From contig CM052816.1 of assembly GCA_028534125.1 (NCBI GenBank), positions 66,590,001 to 66,654,000 on the forward strand: a DNA stretch of 64,000 bases, written 5' to 3'. A program made the position numbers and the translations under genes. This stretch comes from Lama glama. Taxonomy: Eukaryota. The number at the start of each line of letters is the position of its first letter. Position 1 is the stretch's first letter. Below, piece by piece: positions 39,445-51,500 of the stretch. The notes under the pieces are model-generated. The model saw only the letters and a list, made by a program, of their open reading frames with translations. It was not told the DNA's origin and searched no databases.

Positions 39445-39965
39445 ATTTCACTTGGGTCATCTTCAAACCAGTAAGCAATCATCCCCCTGGGATTTTGGTG
39501 CTGCCTGGCAATTCTATTTACTTCCTCAGTCCACACCCTCTCCCTACTCCCCCACACAACTACTTCAAATCTGTGCTCCCATCAAATCTCAAACACCTCT
39601 TTCCTACCCTCCTTCCCATTCTTATTTCTCTGAGAAAACAGAGGAGACCATCCACATCCTCTCCAGCCCATCACCAGCTACCTGCCTGTGGCCCATACAT
39701 GCTTCCTTCACTCCGATTACCATGGAGGCATTGTCATGCTCCTATCTATGCCAGCTCTTCTCTTTGTGTGCTAGATCCCATCACCTCTCACCTACTCATG
39801 GGAATTGCTCAATAATTAATCGTCTTCTGTCCTGCATCATCAGTCCTCCCGTCTCCATTTGATTGTTTCTGTCAACATGCAAAGCATCCTGTAACATCTC
39901 CCGTTTTGAAACACAAACTTGCAAACAAACCTCTCTTTACTCCACAACCCTCCTCCAGCAATCAC
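39445..39965 (+). mobile_element. L2 ORF2 region, 5' part of an interrupted element
   Basis: cttatttctctgagaaaacagag..tgtgtgctagatcccatcacctctcacctactca..tcctgcatcatca are L2 pre-RT hallmarks. Confidence 0.8.
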
Positions 39966-41368
39966 AATGTTTTTCTTCAAAGGGATTGTGTATTTATTTC
40001 TCTTGTTCGCAGTTCCTCTCCAGTTTGTAATCTCCCTCTTAAGTATATTATGAATCCACAGATTTTTTGGATGGTTTTCCATCTATTACAGCTATTCTTT
40101 TTGATGTACACATTGTCCCTCTTTCTTCCATAGTGAGAGCCCCTTCAGTTTGATTCCTGTGTCCTTTTAACAATACCCTATTACCCTTTTTTGGTTTGTT
40201 AAAAAAAAAAAAGACATCCTTGGCTCATTTTGTCTATTTCCTGCCTCAGATTTGGAATGAGCCTTTTTTACAATGAACTTGCTTCTTCCACGGGAAATGG
40301 TATTTTGGGGCCACAAGTTGGGCACTAGGGGTACTAACTACTACTAGTGTTTCATGGCTCCCAGGCCTCTTTAGTGAACAGAGCCAGGAAATATGTTTTT
40401 TTAAATTTTTTTTGGAAAGAAAAAAAAGATCAAATCACAAGTCCTTACTGCTTTTACTAATTCAAATTTAAGATTACAGACATTTCACTTGATTTCTTTG
40501 ACTTTTTATTTATGTCTCTTTCCTCTTAAGCTGAAAAATCTTGACTCCCTGTCATGTTGGTATAATTATTTATTTTTATCCTATAATAAATAAAGTGCTT
40601 TCAAAGAAAATGCAAATAATTAATAAAAATAATAATTCAACAACAATCCTAACGAATGCAATTTAAGCTTTATCTGTCATTCGTTTTGCTCTTAGAATAT
40701 ATTTCATAGGGAGGCACTAATGATGCTCAGTCAAAATATTATATTTAAAAGTCAGTTTCTTCGTGAGAGCTTGATATACATTTAGGGCTCTTTTACTTCC
40801 CATTATTTTCCAAAATTGTTTTGATCTTTCCTTATGATTCTTTTTATTTTTTATATTTAATTTAAATTTCCTTTTTAATTTAACTTTTAAAAAATTTTAT
40901 TTCATATTTATGTAAAATATTTAAATAGTTTCAAAATCAAAATTATATATAAAACCAAAATTAGAAAACAAGGCACAATCTTCTAAGTCTGACTTGAAGT
41001 CTGTTTCTTCTATGATGATTCTTCTCCTCTATCTATAGGTGGCTATTTTATAGTCTTGTTTTTTCCTTCCGTTGTTACTCTTTTTAAAATGTAAGCATTC
41101 CTTTACTTATACAAATAGTATCACACTATAGATTATAGAGTATAACACCGTTCCACATGGTGCTTATTAACTGAACAATGCATCCCAGAGATCAGTCTTC
41201 GTGGTATACAGGGATCTTTCTCATTCCTTTTTATACCTGCATAGCACTCCAGCCGCTATTAATGGACACTTAGATTGTTTCCAGTCTTTGCTTTTTCAAG
41301 TATTGCTGCAGGGAAAAAGTCTTGTGCATCTGTCATTTTCTATTTTGCCAGGTTTGGGATAGATTTCT
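39966..41368 (-). mobile_element. Old L1 (L1MC4/L1ME-like) 3' region, part 1
   Basis: gagagccccttcagtttgattcctgtgtcctttt, gggaaatggtattt..gggcactagggg, and ctattaatggacacttagattgtttccagtc. Confidence 0.8.
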
Positions 41369-41901
41369 TTTTTTTTTTTAACATTTTTTATTGATTTATA
41401 ATCATTTTACAATGTTGTGTCAAATTCCAGTGTTCAGCACAATTTTTCAGTTATACATGAACATATATATATTCACTGTCACATTTTTTTCTCTGTGAGC
41501 TACCATAGGATCTTGTGTATATTTCCCTGTGCTATACAGTATAATCTTGCTTATCTATTCAACAATTTTGAAATGCCAGTCTGTCCCTTCCCACCTCCGC
41601 CCCCTTGGCAACCACAAGTTTGTATTCTATGTCTATGAGTCTATTTCTGTTTTGTATTTATGCTTTGGTTTTTTGTTTGTTTGTTTGTTTTGTTTTTGTT
41701 TTTTAGATTCCACATATGAACGATCTCATATGGTATTTTTCTTTCTCTTTCTGGCTTACTTCACTTAGAATGACATTCTCCAGGAGCATCCATGTTGCTG
41801 CAAATGGCGTTATGTTGTTGGTTTTTATGGCTGAGTAGTACTCCATTGTATAAATATACCACCTCTTCTTTATCCAGTCACCTGTTGATGGACATTTAGG
41901 C
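41369..41901 (-). mobile_element. 5'-truncated young LINE-1, camelid-type
   Basis: Minus strand reads QPKCPSTGDWIKKRWYIYTMEYYSAIK..PFAATWM..ILSEVSQKEKEKYHM. Poly(T) on +. TSD tg(g/a)gatagatttct at 41355-41368 and 41902-41915. Confidence 0.97.
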
Positions 41902-42060
41902 TGAGATAGATTTCTAGATTGGGATTGTTGAGTCAAAGAGGTAAGAATAAATAAGTAAATAAACAAATGTACACACAGTATATATATATGTAATATATAT
42001 AGATATAAACTATATGTGTGTGTGTGTGTATATATGTGTGTGTGTGTGTGTGTATATGTG

Positions 42061-42102
<42 letters not shown>

Positions 42103-42345
42103 GCTGTTTCCCTATAGCCTTGCAGTAGAGTTTTTATTTTTAAACTTTTGGATTTTCACTAAACTGAGAAATGTTATCTCAATATTGTTGTATTTTGTAT
42201 TTTTCTTATTATGAGTGAAGCTGAACATATTTTTCTCTGTTTTGTATTCTATCTGCCACATGCATTTCTTTTTTTGTGGGCTCTTTTGTGTTCGTCTTTG
42301 CTGATTTTGCTATTCATTTGTTAGGTTTTCCCCCCAAGTTTATCA
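41902..42345 (-). mobile_element. Old L1 (L1MC/ME-like) part 2, interrupted by a microsatellite
   Basis: gatagatttctagattgggattgttgagtcaaagagg and tttttcttattatgagtgaagctgaacatattttt continue the host L1 ORF2 3' region. Confidence 0.75.
41979..42101. repeat. (TA)n/(TG)n compound microsatellite
   Basis: Directly visible. The longest pure TG run is about 42063-42098. Confidence 0.95.
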
Positions 42346-42349
42346 TTAT

Positions 42350-43570
42350 CTTTTGAGCACACACCATGCAAGCCTTTGCTTCTGTCATTCCACCAGTCAA
42401 GGTCACCCATTGCCTTCATTTAGTTAAAACCAGTGGTTATTTCCTAGCCCTTGTCTTATTTGAGCTCTCAGCAACACTGGACACAGCTGACCATTCCCTC
42501 CTACTGACGCTGACTCAGTCTAGTTACACTTCCTCTCAGAAAGGGTTCAGCCAGTCTTGTGGCCTTAAATACCATTATAGGCTGATGACTCTCCAATGTA
42601 GACCCTCTACCCTGAACTCCACCTTCCAGGTGCCTGGCTGCTCACTACCTCTATCTGGATGGCCTGTAGGCATCTCAAAATTAACATGTCTCAAGTCCAT
42701 CTTCCCCCTATACCTCTGCCTCCCAAGTTCTTTTATTTCCTTCTAATAATGTGGGCAAAGATTTTGGATACATCTTGGACTCCTCTCTTTCTCTCAGAGT
42801 CTATATCTAATCTCTCAGCAAAACCTGTTTAGTATTTCTTCAAATTATATCCAACATCTGACGTCTTTCGATGATCATCTTGTCTCTTTCCTGGGTTATC
42901 GCAAAATCATCTTCTCTGGTCTTCTGGCTTCCACCCTGGCTGCCTTTACAGTTTATTCCAGAACAGCAGCCAGAATAGTCCTTTTAAAATATAAGTCGTT
43001 ATGTCTCTCCTCTGCTCAGAGCTTTGCAGTCATTTCCCATTTTATTTAAATAGAAGCTGAAATGTTTACAGTGGCTACAGATCTTATAGGATGTCTCCCT
43101 GGGCCCCTCCCCGGCCCAGTCTCTCCCTCCTGCTCTGATTCTGGTTTATTTCACTCCAGCCACACCACCTCTGTGCTGGTACTCCAACAGAGTGATATGT
43201 TTTCCCTCAAGGGGGTTTAGTTTGCTATTTTTCTGGAATGTTCTTATCACTCACTTTCTTCACATACCTCCTCAACTATCCCTTTATCAATAATGTCTCT
43301 CCAGACTACCATATTTAAAATAACACATACCCATCTGCTCATACCTCATCGAGCCTGGTAATTCCACTTTCATTCTCTAGTTTTCTCCGAAGCACTTGCA
43401 ACTACCTGATGTCCTATACTCGTTACCTGTTTATTTCTGCTGTTCCTATGTGCCCACTAGAATACAAACTCCGTGATGGCAAGAGTTCTCGTTTTGTTCA
43501 TTGCTGCATTCCCAGTGCCTTAAAACAGTGATTGGTTCTAAGTAGCTGCCCAAATATTTGTTGAACAAAC
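42350..43570 (+). mobile_element. L2 RT region to 3' end, continuing the interrupted element
   Basis: ORF 42366-42746 reads VKVTHCLHLVKTSGYFLALVLFELSATLDTADHSLLL, matching the L2 RT motif (KVTNDL...LDLSAAFDTVDHSLLL). Ends cccactagaatacaaactcc..cccagtgcct..aaatatttgttgaa. Confidence 0.92.
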
Positions 43571-43587
43571 CACTATGTGTACTAAAT

Positions 43588-43710
43588 ATTATTCTCATTT
43601 TCACCAAAGGAGATTGGGCTCAGAGAGCTTAAATAATTTTCCCAAGGCTTTGCAAATGAAGTCAGAATCTCTGCTTAGGTTCATCAGACTCCAATGTGCT
43701 CCATTTTGGG
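43588..43710 (-). mobile_element. MIR fragment
   Basis: attattctcattttcacc..ggctcagagagcttaaataattttcccaagg. Confidence 0.65.
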
Positions 43711-44922
43711 TACCTGGCTGCTTCCCAAGAAGAGGGCTTTGTATGTATGTCTTAATTTTGAGGAAATAAGTGTAAGATAAATCTTCAAAGAATCTGGGCT
43801 CTGGTCCTAACATGGCCACTAAATAAGGGTAAGATCATGGGGAAGCTATTTATATGTTTTTGGCTCTCAATGATCACTTTAGTAATTAGTAAACTGAAGA
43901 TAAGAAAAGTTTTTGTAATCACTCAAGTGTCTTCCAACAAGCACAGTCTACAACTCAGGAGATATACACCACGCTTACGTGGATGATATTACAGTATACC
44001 CAATTCTGCTTTCGTTCTTAAGGTAACAAATACTGACAAATCCTAGGTTAATTTTGTTTTCTTTGGTTTAAATTCTTTTGCTAAAAGAGATGTCAACATA
44101 CTACAAAGGTTTCACTGTTTTTCTCTGAAGCAAAAGGTACAACTGAGGTGCAACTTAAAAAATAATCACTTGCTCCATCCTTGCCAATGTTTGCTAGTCT
44201 CTCTCTCCCCCTTTCTCTGTCTCTCTGAGTGAAACAAGGCGTAATTTCATATCAGTGGCCTCAACAAAATTGCTACATGTTTTAGAAAACCTGCAAATAA
44301 TGTATCATGCTTTGTCAAAAAAAAGTTCTTTTAAAAAAATGTGCTTAACATCTGGGCATGCAAGCACAGCACAGTAATTACAACTTGAAAAGCTTCTCTA
44401 AGAACATTGTGGAAGGTTAAAAAAAACTTGTAACAGATTAGTTGGTCCCTTAGCAGCTATTAGATTCTTCCTCTGTCCCCAGGTCTCCACTCTGCTAGTT
44501 AAAAAACAAAGAGACGCTCACAGGGAGATCCCAGAACTGACAAGCTGGTTCCTGCCACCGCTAGAGAGAGGCATTTGGAATTGGAATATATTAGGTGAGT
44601 TATAAAGGAAAGAAATCTCACTTGTGGTCTTTCCAGTCCTTTAATTAGAAAAGAAAGCAAAAGCACAACAAACTGACGTAGGCCCCACAAACCAGAGTTG
44701 ACAGAAAGTGATTATTGCTTTTGGAGCCTGTGCAAATGCTCAGGGGCCAGATACAAAGCAAGCTGCAAATAGACACATGCAGCATTATATAGCATCTAAA
44801 GATCCCGCTGCAGTTACCACATCTTACACCTATTTACACACTGCAGTTGTCACTGCTATTGATAACACAGAAGCTAAGGATACCGGTAATGTAGTTTTGC
44901 AGATAACTGGTCAATTCCTTGT

Positions 44923-45070
44923 TAGTGTTTTCTACTGTGCACCAGGCTCATTGGGCTGCATATTCAAAATTCAGATTCCTAGGTGTGCCGCTTAGAGAGT
45001 CAGAAGTATTTGGTCTTGTATGGGACTTAGGAATCTGCTCTTACACAAGCAGTCTAGGGACTGGAGATCA
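44923..45070. mobile_element. MER5-like hAT-Charlie MITE
   Basis: aaaattcagattcctagg..ggtct..tgggacttaggaatctgc. Confidence 0.55.
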
Positions 45071-45974
45071 AACTGCATGCACCCTTCTCCCACCCACGTG
45101 TTGTGGGGGGTGGCAAGAATCACTAAAAACAAATCAGGAAGTCCCTCTTAGGTCTTCCTGAAGTTCAGCCCACGTTCTCTCTTAAGAACGTATCTCCCTG
45201 ATCTTTCTTTTTCCCTTGGCAGGTACTTCCAACCTTTGGGCACGTGGATGTTTTCTCTCTGTCCTGCTCCCCACACCCAGTCTGGTACAGACTGCCCAGA
45301 TCGGCCTCACCATTAACACAAGCAAATTCTTTCCATTATTAAGACTCTTATTGAAAATGCTTATGGATGGCAAACTGGACACAAATGCAGGGAAATTAAA
45401 AACATTCTGAATTTTATCAAAGACCTTATAGATCTAATACAGTTCCAAGTCTGCTTCCCATCTGAAAGAATTGAATAAACTTAGGGTTTTTCCTTTAAGT
45501 CTTATTCATGAAACAAGAAATCCCCAACCTTTCCTTCCTTCTTGCCCCCACTTTTTGTTCCAATTTTGGTAAAGGCCCCAAGATCTCCAGTGTTTCAAGG
45601 ATCCCTGCCAATTGAATCAGTCATTCTGTTTGTTTAAACTGTTTTAGCAGTAAAATAAATATACAGTTAACTTTCATGTTCTTAGGAGACAAATTTCCTT
45701 AGTCAGAGGAGACTTTAAGTATTGGAAAAATAAGAAATATTAGGAAGAGGTAACTTCTTTCAGAAATTGACCATTTCAGGTAACTGGCACCACTCTTTAT
45801 AGTTCTGAGCAGAAGAGTCCACGGAGACAGGCCTTTATATTCCCTACAAAGTCTACTAGGTCCAGATTTTTTTAAAGTGAACTTGTTACTTTAAAATTCA
45901 AACACACCCAGGGGGTTTAAACTGCCAGTTACTTGCTATGCTGTATTGTGAACACCTTTCTTCCTTCCACACAC

Positions 45975-46340
45975 AATTTTATTTATTTAGATTTGTTGTT
46001 TGCATTCACGCTGTGCCAGGCCCCAGAGAAACAGAGCTGAAAAGGACAGAAAGAGTTTTTAACTTAATGGACAATTTCAAAATATATGTAGTTAAGTTAA
46101 TAAAATATTTTTCATAATTATATGTACTTGGAAAAAATAGGAAAATAGGATGAAGAGTGATATAACACTTAACTAAAATATGCAAAAGCAGAGTTTTAAT
46201 TGGGAAATATTTATTTGGGAGCAAGGTTACTGCTAGAGAAGAGACTTCTGGGAACAGTTAGAAGATGCAGGTGAAGTCCTGTAGAAGTAGGGTGGGGCTC
46301 TCGGGAGTGGGACATGAAGGGGACAGAGAGGACAGAAAAT
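45975..46340 (-). mobile_element. L2 3' fragment
   Basis: ctgtgccaggcccc..aaacagagctgaaaaggacaga, preceded by a tttattta tail. Confidence 0.55.
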
Positions 46341-46444
46341 GAGGAATGGTGGTCTCTTTCGACTGTGCCTATTTGGTAATGTCTTGAATTCCTGATGATA
46401 ATCTTCTCACTCCCCCTGTTCATAAATAAGCATGAAGCCTAAAA

Positions 46445-46735
46445 CAATCAGCTCTTCAGTCCGGATTTTCCAGATCCCCAGCTCCATGTCCCCAATAAAG
46501 AAAGTCCACCGAGCTCTCCCTGGGGTCTCCTCACTCATCTGTGCCCTGGTAACTCTCTCCAGACGGTAAACTGGGTCAATTGTAGGGCTGCTCTGATTTG
46601 TTTCCCTCCATCAGGATTCACCTTTCTTCACCAATGGAAGTTCAATGTCTGAACAGTATTATTTCACATATTGTGCCTATTTGAAAAAATTATTTCAGGC
46701 AGGAGAATAAATCTGGTCCACTGCAGCCATGAATA
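46445..46735 (-). mobile_element. Old L1M 5'-end fragment
   Basis: aactctctccag..aattgtagggct..atttgtttccct..caatgtctgaa..aggcaggagaataaatctggtcc resembles an L1MC/ME 5' end on -. Confidence 0.7.
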
Positions 46736-47589
46736 AAAATGAATCCTTATACTTTGTGTCAGGAACCACAGACCTGTTTTGTACCCTGGCCACACATAAC
46801 TGGCTCCACTTGACATCTGTTTCTGAGCCCAAGGTAGCACCTGTGGGCTGGCTAGGGAACAAGGTCTAATGTTTCCTCCACGTTCCTCTCTTGGGGACAA
46901 TGAATACAAAACATCCAAAAAGACGGTGGTAGCAGAAGGATCAGAAGATGTGGGAAGTGAAATAACCCCAAAGCCAAGAGGCACAAAGAAAGCAGCCATC
47001 AGGAACTATGGGTAAGAAAAGCCATGGGTAAGAAAGGAGCATGGAGTAGAGGAAAGGGGACGAGAGAGCTGGCAGTGGGTAGCCTTAGTAGAAGCAGAGA
47101 TGCAAACAAAACTTGAGGGAAGACTCAAGGGCAGATTAGAGATTCTGCTGTGTTCTAAATGATTTTCCCATTTTCTATAAAACTTGACAACACTGCTTAC
47201 AAGATTGTCCAATGCTTCCTTACTTACTTCTGAATTTTGCCAGTAACAGTGGTCATCACTTGAGGTGACCCCTCACTCTTGAACTAAAAAGAGCTTAAAC
47301 TCATCTGTTTGATTGCTGGAAATGCTGGTAATGGCAGCTGGTTGAAACGCGAGGCAGGGTACTGGGTATGTATACACACTGGTTACCTGTTATAAAACCA
47401 TATAATGGGGATCTGCGTAGTGGGAGACAGAAATATGTGCTATTTTATTTCATTAATATTCCCTCCTTTGATAATTAATCATCCTTTTCTTTGATAATTC
47501 TATCAAAGAAAGAAAGAAAATGCTGTTTCAGGACAAATAACAGAATATGATATACTAAAAGTATTCATTCTTCAGATGACAGCAAAAAA

Positions 47590-47800
47590 GTGTCCCTTCC
47601 TCAGAGATGCTTCACCTGATTCCTCACTCTAAGTCTGTTACATACCCTCGTAGCACTCTGTCCCCTCTCTCCATGCACTTGTCTCAGTTTACAATTGTTT
47701 ATGTATAATATAGTGTTTGTGACTGCGAATAATATGTCTCTTTCCAGCTAGCTTGTAAGCAGGGGGTCTCCATAACCATACTGAATTAATGAATGGATAG
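47590..47800 (+). mobile_element. L2 3' end
   Basis: tgtcccttcctcagagatgcttc..tgtctctttccagctagcttgtaagc..tgaattaatgaatgga. Confidence 0.7.
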
Positions 47801-48049
47801 GGCCATGGGAAAACAGAATCCAGGTAACAGGACTATTGGTTTTCACCAAAATCCCTTTTGGTTTTATCTTGGAGACATCAAAGTATCTATCTCAGACTCT
47901 CTTACACGTAGAAGTGTCATGTGGATGCGTGCAAGTGAGGTGGTTATTTCTGGGCATGTCCTCTTAAAGTCGCCCAGACACACACTCTCTTCCAGGTATT
48001 TTCTCCTTTTGAACAATTTGCACAATGACCTCCCTCCACTACTTTCATT

Positions 48050-48275
48050 CCCTGCCCCCTCCCCTTTGGAAAACTTGGGAGCCACACAGTGAAGATGATG
48101 GGGCCACTGTATGAAGGGAGCCTAGGAATCTGAATTACCACATGGAGCAGAGTCACCTCATGGTCAGAAGCTCTTCATTTGGACTATTAACTAAGTGAGA
48201 AACAAGCTTTCATTGGGTTTGAGTCTATACACATTTGTAGATCTATTTGTTAATGTAGCCTAGCCTAGTCTATTA
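48050..48275 (+). mobile_element. MaLR LTR 3' part (MLT1I/J-like)
   Basis: gaagatgatggggccac..gaagggagcctagg..ctgaattaccacatggagcagag..gtgagaaacaagctttcattg..tttgttaatgtagc. Confidence 0.8.
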
Positions 48276-49184
48276 TGATCCATATGCTTGAAGGTATTGG
48301 GGAGATACTGGGATGAGAAATGCATCAAACATGGACAGCAGGAATGCCCTTCCATATGTAAATGTTTGAAATTAGAAATCAGAGATGCCAAGTTTCGGGC
48401 AATGCCTGGATAGTAAGTTACAGGTTCTCCATTATCCAAGGGCTTTAAAACACCATCTGGCATAGTGCAGGCAAATGAATCTGATGATTTCTTGAGATCC
48501 TTGACAGCTTTTATTATTCTATTTCTATCTACCACTGTTACTTGGAGGAAAATAATTCATTCTTGTTTACAAAGGGGTACATTGTCATGGCATTGAGAAA
48601 TGTGACATCAGTCTCTCTGGAATAATTGAGCAATCTCTAATCATACTGGATGAGATTGTAGACTCCATGCCAACAGAGCTCTTGTGGGGCTGATTTCATA
48701 AAAAAGGACAAGAGATAAAGACACCCATGTATCTCCTCCAAATATGTCTTCAAAGCTAGCTTTGATAAAAAAAAAACTCTAATGGCTGAAGGACATAGGA
48801 GCCTACCTATCAAATGGGAAAGAGCCATTCAATCTACCTGTACCAAAAGGAACCTTCATTTTATGTCAAGCTTTATTTGATATAACTGTGAAGTAAAATA
48901 ATATACCGTCCTCTGCTTTGGGAAACAGACGGCAGAATCGGCCATTATTTATTCTTACAATGCGAATGATACAAAGCCTATGTATGTTGTGTTTTAAAAA
49001 ATATGAAACAGCAAAAACACCCTATTAACTCAGCCTAAAAACTCTTGGATATCTGCCCTTTAAACTTATTTGCATTTATTGCTTTACTTAATTTAATTTA
49101 ATTTGCCTATTTTTCAGACCATGAAACCTTCTGTTAGAGAAAATAATGTGTCGTATTTTTTGTTTTAAAAATTCATGCTTTACA

Positions 49185-49465
49185 TCAATCAGACAGTCAG
49201 CACATATTTCTAGCACAATGTACTATGGACCCTATGGGCAAATCAGACCTGGTCCCTGCCCTCATGTAGTTTATAATCCTGTCATGGACATCAGTTATGA
49301 ATCTAACAAGGGCTAAGCAATGTTGCAAATTAGAGGTCAGTATACAATGAGGAATACAACAACTCAGAGGAAGGAGAGATAACTTCTGATCCAACTGAAA
49401 AATGAGTTGGAGGGAGAACATTTTAAAAGAGTTGGAATTTGAGACGGACTTTGACTTTGGATAGA
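49185..49465 (-). mobile_element. L2 3' fragment
   Basis: cagacctggtccctgccctcatgtagtttataatc..ggaattttgagacggactttga. Confidence 0.7.
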
Positions 49466-49489
49466 CTACTTTATTGGTTAAAAGAAAAT

Positions 49490-49690
49490 CTAAATAAAGT
49501 TGCTTAAGTAAGATAGGATTTTTCCCTCTCCCACATGGAGCATTATGGAGACAGGTAATCCAAGGCTGGCACAGTAACCCAAGAGTGTCAGGGCCAAGGT
49601 TGCTTTGCTGCTCTTGACCTGCCCTTCACAGCTGCAATGTGCACACTGCAGCTCCAGGCATCTCTCCCACAGGCCAGTCTCTTTCAGCCG
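49490..49690 (-). mobile_element. MaLR LTR fragment (MLT1J-like)
   Basis: gcttaagtaagatagga..ggtaatccaaggctgg..gcagctccaggcatc. Confidence 0.55.
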
Positions 49691-50379
49691 TATTGTCATC
49701 TTCCTTCTCTGTAGACATTGGAAGATAGAACCATGGGGCAGTTAAGTATTTTTCCCCAAAATTACAGAGTGTAGCAGCAGCCTTGGGACTCAAGCAAATG
49801 TCGTTTGTGTTCAGAAACCATGCTGTTTCCCATTGCACTATACTGCCCTCTTGGCACGCATCTTGCAAAGAGTATGCAGGTCCAAGGTGGTAGTGAGGGC
49901 AGAAGTTAGATTGAGGTAGAAATAGAAGTTTCCACTGAAATTTCTACTTTTAATAGGAACACTGCCTAAAGGAGAAGTTTATAGTATCTGTAATTAACCC
50001 CCCCCCCCAAATCTCATGGGGTTAGAGAAAGACCAGACCTGGAAGTAATTGGAATATGAAGTTAATTTACTTCAAAGCGAAAGAGGAAAAGGTAAAGAAG
50101 AGGAGGAAGAAGAAATTGTCCAAGGCAGTTAAACTGTAGACAAAGTGCCTTTGCTGCATGATTTAAATTTCCTCTGCAAGTTTCTTCTATCCACCCCACA
50201 CAGTTCATAATTACTCATCACCAAAGTTTTGGCCTTTGCTTTTTTAAATCATTGCTCTTTCCTCTTCTACCAATTAATCCTGGATCTTAAGAAATTTCCT
50301 TTTGTCTGTTCGTTATTTCCATTTGTTCTTCATCACCCTTCAACCTAGAGATCTCCCCAGCCTCATGGAATCAATCTTT

Positions 50380-50668
50380 TATTTTCAGTTAATTAATTAA
50401 TTAATTTACAATTATTTATGTATTTGTTTTACTGAGCTATATTGACATATAACATTATGCTAGTTTCAAGGGTACAACATAATGAGCCACTATTTGTGTA
50501 TATTGTGAAATGATCGCTACAAGTCTAGTTAACATCTATCATGACACGCAGTTACAAAATCTTTTTTTCTTGTGAGGAGAACTTCTAAGATCTACTCTAC
50601 CAACAACTTTTCAATATACAGTACAGCACTGTGAACTCTAGTCACCATGCTGTACATTTCATCCTCAG
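50380..50668 (-). mobile_element. Short 5'-truncated L1 3' UTR (L1MA9-like/laurasiatherian) with a decayed TSD
   Basis: attgacatataacattatgctagtttca..gtacaacataatga..caagtctagttaacatc..taagatctactct..gtcaccatgctgtacatt. Flanks 50361-50379 and 50663-50681 match at 16/19. Confidence 0.9.
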
Positions 50669-51099
50669 GGAATCTATCATTGAGCTACTGCAGAATTTGA
50701 AGGTTTTAATTTGGGGCTTTTACAGCTTAATAAAGGACAATGGTTTATCTGTCCTCTAATTACCACCATATCTCTTCCCTGTGCACCCACTTATTAACAG
50801 TCTTTTCCTGACATTACTACTGTCCGACCACTGGTGTGTAGTCATTTTTATTTTGTGTGGGCATGGGAAGGCATCTCACTCATCTGGGCCATGCAGGTTG
50901 GGGTTTTATGTTCTCAGTGTGCATAGGAATATAGGAATAATCTGGTACATGTTTTTATAGGCTTCAAAAATGTCAAATCCAGACAAGGTATTTGTGTTCA
51001 TCATTTCTGTAACGATTGTTACAACTTGTGGTAAAGATTTCAGTTTCTCAATCAACGTGTCCCTAACATGGCACCCAAAATGCTTCATGAGCTGGAAAC

Positions 51100-51500
51100 C
51101 TGCTTCCCTATCCAGGTTCATGCTCCATCCTTTTCCTTGCCTCTCCCGCTTACTGTGCGCCACTCAGACCCAAATCTAGTGCTGGTTTCTGTTAGGAATC
51201 AAGTCTGACTCCTCTGTGCCCTCACCTATGCTTGTCCTCCCATCCTGAAATGTCCTTCTTCACCTTATTTTCCTTCCATCCTCCCAGTGATCCATCTCCC
51301 TGGACCTCTTGCTTGTGGTGACCAGTCTGGGTTAGTTGCTGCTTCTTTGAAGCCCTCTGGCATCCCATAAAATACTGCTACGTTGGCATCTTGACATGGA
51401 TTACATATTGGTTTCCCCAGTAGACTGTGAGTTCTTGGAGGAAGAGTACATTTGATCTTCATATCCCTGATCAAGCATAATGCCTAACACACGAAAAGGC
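51100..51500 (+). mobile_element. L2 3' fragment
   Basis: cctctgtgccctcacctatgc..cctgaaatgtccttct..tccccagtagactgtgagttcttggagg..gcataatgcctaacac. Confidence 0.75.

Noticed and set aside
39390..39862. Overlapping 136-141 aa ORFs
   Set aside because: They lie in C-rich decayed L2 sequence where stop codons are scarce.
42366..42746. Reverse-transcriptase-like ORF
   Set aside because: It is a decayed L2 RT fragment with deletions and no intact YADD in frame. There is no sign of domestication.
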